From the NCBI GenBank assembly GCA_046350815.1, contig JAXLZO010000001.1:900001-932000 (forward strand): a DNA stretch of 32,000 nt, given 5' to 3'. Each line of letters begins with the position of its first letter. The stretch's first letter is position 1. Position numbers and translations under genes: made by a program. This stretch comes from Candidatus Saccharimonadota bacterium (GTDB taxonomy: Bacteria > Patescibacteriota > Gracilibacteria > BD1-5 > UBA2023). Positions 27,723 to 32,000 of this stretch are shown here, one piece after another. The notes beneath the pieces are model-generated. The model searched no databases. It was given only the letters and a program-made list of their open reading frames with translations, and was not told the origin of the DNA.

Positions 27723-28928
27723 ATGTCACGTACCAATATCATTAGTTACCCAGGTATTACCGCTGAGGCAGTTCCATTGCTCGATCCAACCACATGACAA
27801 TTTCTACCAGCAAAACATGCCTATGAAGCCGTACTCAATTGTGGTGGATTCTCTGTTATGCCAACACAGCTCGCGACAACCATCGCTACTAAATCAGCTA
27901 CGCACCTCAAAGAAGAGCACAAAATAGATGCTATCGGTTATATCAGTGATGAGCGAGTTCTCAATCATCCAAATTTCCTCTCTATTCGAGAAGTATTTGA
28001 AAGATTCTTCGGAAATCACATTCATACATTTGCAACGACTATAAGCAAACAGGAAAATAATCCATTCGGATTACGTGTGAATAGTACACAAGTATGCGAT
28101 GATAGTTCCATCGCTCAATTTGTGCAAGAGCATGGTGACGATGGGGTGATTCTTGCGAGTATTCCCATGAGCGATCCATGTGTGGCCAAAGTATTTGATC
28201 AACTAAGCGCATCAGATCATGATACTATTGCTGGGAAAACACTGAGAAACCTAGCACTCAACAGGGATCGATTCCTCCCAACGACGCTCGCACAAGATAT
28301 GAATGGATTTATCTGAAGCATTTCTTCTGCCGAGGAAACCATAGAACTCTTTGATACTCATCCAGATACAATCATTGTCCTCAAGTCATCACAATGATCA
28401 GCATGAGGAACAAATACATTTATTATTTCACCACATCAAAGAGCGGAATTTATGAGAAAAATAGAACAGATACACTTTCCTCTTCTGGCATACAATTTTG
28501 TTCAACCATTTTTGATAACAAATCAACAATGAAGTATTCACAGTGCTCACGTTCGATCATTTATTGTTGGCGATGAGCTTGTGGGTGGTGTGATCAAATT
28601 TCCAGGCGCTTCACTCAATAGGGAGTTATTTTGAGAAGATGGACGTATATCTCTCGATGTTTTTCGAAAAAAGAAAATTGAAGAAGTGAATAAACTTCTC
28701 AATAGCTCAAGTGGACTATCCAAATCAATGGTCTTCTCCCATGATGGTCAATTTCAATGAGGTTCTGATGGAAAATCAGGAATACTAACACTTGAAGATA
28801 CGCAATGATTGGGTATCTTTGGAACCAGTAATACTCTTCTTGATTCGATAGAAGAGATATTCAATTCAACTATTCCTCTTGTAACAACACTCCAAGAAAG
28901 AGTGAATAAACAACTACAACTTCGATAA
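27723..28928 (+). CDS. ATP-grasp-like amino-acid/peptide ligase (401 aa)
   Basis: Re-joined across 8 TGA. C-terminal half: 'IIVLKSSQG(TGA)SAG(TGA)GTNTFII', 'HVRSFIVGDELVGGVIKF', 'GILTLEDTQG(TGA)LG', reminiscent of RimK/GshB-type ATP-grasp folds. The N-terminal ~230 aa are unassigned. Confidence 0.5.
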
Positions 28929-28931
28929 TAT

Positions 28932-29762
28932 ATGCCTCACTCTACCTTATCAACCTTTGGAAATACACAGAAAGAACGAGCGGATATTCTCATCCTTCTC
29001 TTACATGCTGGGGAAGGATGAGAATATCTCGAATACGCGCAATCTGAGCTTGCTCATATTGACACTGGAATACTTCGATCCTATATGCTCCATGAAGCAG
29101 ATCGAGGTACTCATGAGGTAGGATTTCTCACTGCAGAATCCATCATCAGCAATGCCCCTCATATGAGATGTGATATATTCGAGATTCATATTCCCCGGGC
29201 ATTCCTTGATATGAATCGTCCAAAAGATGCTACCACTCCCCTCTTTCTCTCAAAGAATCACTGGAATGCATTCTATGATGATATTATGATTCATATTAAG
29301 AATGCATGTGAACAAGCAGATTATGTACTCCAGCTTCATAGTATGTGTGGGTACAATCCAACATTTCCAGGGCCACACAAACAGAATAAGATCGATAATT
29401 CTGTCCTACATAATTTTCTCAATCATTGCTATTCGGGTACAGAGCGATCATGGGATATGATTCATAGCACTCTGGATGGTCAAATACTTGCTCATCAGCC
29501 TTGGGTAGAGAGCTTTGAGAGTGTATTTCAGAAGGCATGAATTCCTCTGGAAAATAACAGTGCTTATCAACTTCTCTCTGGCTATCCAGGCACGGATATT
29601 ATGATAGAGCATCAGAGTGTGCTTATTGAGATGCCAAAAAATTGGCTCGCAAATGATGACACAAAACATCTCTTTGATACGAGTAAAATTGTATTCAAAC
29701 AAGAGAAGGTACAACAAGCAGCTGATCTCATTGCAGAGGGTTTTCTTCGTATGAAACAATAA
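28932..29762 (+). CDS. N-formylglutamate amidohydrolase (FGase)-family hydrolase (276 aa)
   Basis: 'LILLLHAGEG', 'EADRGTHEVG......IFEIHIPRAFLDMNRP', 'VLQLHSM' fit the FGase family pattern. Two in-frame TGA. Starts 3 nt after the ATP-grasp stop. Confidence 0.55.
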
Positions 29763-29790
29763 AAACACAGAGCATATGCTCTGTGTTTTT
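29761..29790. terminator. bidirectional terminator between the FGase-like gene and nrdB
   Basis: Perfect palindrome ACACAGAGCATATGCTCTGTGT flanked by A5 and T5. Confidence 0.7.
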
Positions 29791-30808
29791 AGAAATCCCA
29801 GCTCCCCTTCATACTCGTTGATTGTGTATAGTTGATCACGGTTGTTTCGAAGAAGTTTGATTTATCACCATTCGGATCTTGGAGGCGTTCAAGATGTTTG
29901 TATGGATTCGTTGTATTTGGATAGAGTGTTTCGATTCCGAGCATGGTCATGCGACTATTCGCAAGCCATTTAGTATATTGATCGGTTGTTTCTGTATTGA
30001 TACCAGGGATACGATCCGTGAGGATGTGATTACTCCACTTGATCTCTTGTTCGACTGCTTGTGCCATCATTTCTCGGATCACTGCCTCGCTATATATCTC
30101 AGGAAATTCACGTCTGATCTCACGAATAATATTCGCAAAAAGAGTTACATGGGTAAGTTCATCACGACGAATATAGGCAATCATACGACCAGTTGCCGCC
30201 ATACGACCATTGTCTGCGAGGGTATCAAAGAATGCAAATCCATTGTAGAAATAGAGTGATTCGAGGAGAAAATTCGCGATCATAGCACGGAAAAAATTCG
30301 CATCCGTAGGATCATCTCGAAAATCCTCATAAATCGATCCAATATACTGGTTGCGCTCGAGGAGAATCTTATCATCTCGCCAGAAATTATAGATCTCTTC
30401 TCGCTCAGCACTCTCGACCACACTCTCGAGAATGGTTGCATAGCTTTGTGAATGTATTGCCTCTTGGTAGGCTTGTATCGAGAGAAGGAGCTTCACCTCA
30501 GGTGCTGTGATATAGTCAGCAAAATTCGGAAGATTTACCGTCTGAATCGAATCGAGAAAGATGAGGAATGATATAATCCCCTTGTATGCACGTTGTTCTT
30601 CTTTGCTGAGTGTTGGAAATTGTGACTTGTCTGCATTGAGTCCAGAGACCTTCTCAGGAAGCCAAAAATTCCCCACCATCACCTGATAGAGTGATTTTGC
30701 CCAAGCATATCGAGTATTATTGAGATTAAAAAGTCATGTTGTATTACCATGAATGATACTCAGATGAACGTCGTCACCTTGAGGATTAAAGAGCTTATTC
30801 TTTTGCAT
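29789..30808 (-). CDS. nrdB: class I ribonucleotide reductase small (beta) subunit (339 aa)
   Basis: 'NFWLPEKV', 'IFLDSIQ', 'EAIHSQSYA', 'FYNGFAFF', 'IRRDELTHV'. One TGA in the N-terminal extension (ATG 30808). Class Ia versus Ib is not resolved. No nrdA is adjacent. Confidence 0.9.
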
Positions 30809-30817
30809 AGAGATATA

Positions 30818-31303
30818 TTATTTGCGTAACAAATTAATCTGGCGAACGAGACTCTCTTCGAGGGCTGAGAGTCGCTCAAGTTGTTTGGTTTCGAGATTTT
30901 GATGTTCTTGAATCTCCTGCAGATCATGAAGTGCTTTTTCAAAGTTCTCATACATCTCCATCTGCATCTTGCGAATATCCTTACCTTTGGACATGCGCCT
31001 CTCGATGAAGAGTGCTCCCGTATAGGCAAATATTGGAAGTGCGACAATAGCATAACACATCGCGAGTACCTTGCCTATATCCGTATGCGGAGCAAAATCA
31101 CCATACCCAACACTCGCTACCGTAATCACGGTAAAATAGAGGCTATCAAGTAGAGTCCATCACTCGATGAGATGAAATGCATATGCTCCGATACAAATAA
31201 GTGTTAGGAGTAACAGTACCTCTAACTGAATCAGTGATGGGAGCGAAAGTCTATTGAGCCAAGCCCTGAGGCGAGTTATATGAATGGTGTATTTGAGGGA
31301 CAT
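30818..31303 (-). CDS. small 2-TM potassium channel (161 aa) with a coiled-coil C-terminus
   Basis: Selectivity filter 'TVITVASVGYGD' between two hydrophobic helices. One in-frame TGA. ATG 31303, TAA 30818. Confidence 0.85.
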
Positions 31304-31380
31304 AGGAATATTAATACAAACTCTCAATTTGCCCCCTTACCATATTGATTATATTCGATACATTGTTTATTGAAACAATG

Positions 31381-32000
31381 CTACAAGCAGTATATACCAT
31401 ATATTCCAAAAATTATTCCAGAAATAATCGTAAATAGAATTAATGATAAAAGTCTTTTTCTTCTATTTTTCAAAATAATACTAATAGCAAACGCAGATAT
31501 TACTGCGATTAAAGTATTAAGTATATCCGTGATAATATACAATTGTTGTTTCCATTTATAGATTTCATTAGAGTTATATCATCAATCGATTCACGATTTA
31601 TGTTGTCCTGACGCCCATTTTATAGCATCTTGAAGTGATGTCAGAGATCCATTTATATCAAGGTGTATATTTGTTGCTATTAGATCAAATAAATAGTTAT
31701 CTACTTCAAATAATTCTCATAAAAAAAATAACAAAAAAGATACGAGCATAACATAGAGTAATATCTCAAAAAATTGGGCTAATTTTTGTTTTAAGGGTTT
31801 ATCACTCTTCCAAAACCAGAGTAGATCAAATCCAAGAATAGAAGTCCATATGAATCAACATAACCCATGCTTATTTGACTCAATCAAACTCAGCTTATAG
31901 GAATCACTCGCACGAATTTTTGGAGCTATTTCTTTCCATAAAAAATAAAGGAAATAAATAGCGAGAATAAATATGCATCAAGGCCATAATACAAAATAGA
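31381..32000 (-). CDS. hypothetical integral membrane protein, 5'-truncated by the window edge
   Basis: Frame open from the window edge to TAG 31381-31383 when TGA is read as Gly. Several hydrophobic segments. Confidence 0.4.

Noticed and set aside
1-32000. The fragmented ORF track could indicate massive pseudogenisation or frameshift sequencing errors
   Set aside because: Fragments of each gene stay in one frame and are separated only by TGA, never by TAA or TAG, and the TGAs coincide with conserved Gly residues. Codon reassignment explains everything without invoking any frameshift.
1-32000. UGA=Trp (code 4, Mollicutes-like) as the alternative reassignment
   Set aside because: The TGA positions fall in GKT Walker loops, the CorA GMN motif, Xer LLGHAS, and GSG and NGGTP motifs, where Gly is invariant and Trp would be incompatible.

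Overview
This low-GC bacterial segment only reads as coding DNA if TGA is translated as glycine (genetic code 25, as in Gracilibacteria/BD1-5 or Absconditabacteria/SR1). The supplied standard-code ORF track is therefore heavily fragmented. I re-joined ORFs by hand across in-frame TGA codons, keeping TAA/TAG as stops. TGA falls on invariant Gly positions in several families: Xer 'LLGHAS', the CorA 'GMN' motif, a Walker A loop, the M23 'GxVGxTG' motif, HsdS 'NGGTP', and IS200 TnpA.

Contents, left to right:
- 77-5283 (-): a phage-like DNA replication module with candidate ori iterons inside the initiator gene. It faces a divergent XRE repressor and a NYN RNase gene (5710-6623, +).
- 6790-7230: an IS200-type tnpA.
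- 7254-11782 (-): a type I R-M remnant, hsdR / AlbA_2-HATPase gene / single-TRD hsdS, with no hsdM in the window.
- 11883-14641 (-): a secreted Tyr-rich protein, a Qnr-like pentapeptide protein, corA and a REC-like protein.
- 14697-18693 (+): a resolvase-like nuclease, tRNA-Asn, a GNAT gene, an M23/SLH peptidase and a small ParB-like protein.
- 18753-23104 (-): yggU, a 536-aa orphan, a Xer recombinase with a perfect 11-6-11 dif-like site next to it, and an AbiEi-like regulator.
- 23844-24107 (+): rpsO.
- 25703-27174 (-): a GC-richer, TGA-free three-gene J-domain cassette, followed by a 413-aa TGA-containing gene.
- 27424-27709: two tandem ~118-nt terminator-ending RNA elements, upstream of an ATP-grasp / N-formylglutamate-amidohydrolase-like pair (27723-29762, +).
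- 29789-32000 (-): nrdB, a small K+ channel and a partial membrane protein.

All coordinates and translations were derived by hand. Family assignments rest on recognised motifs, not on searches. I could not assign the J-domain cassette partners, the 536-aa orphan or the tandem RNA elements to any known system; these are the best candidates for something undescribed.
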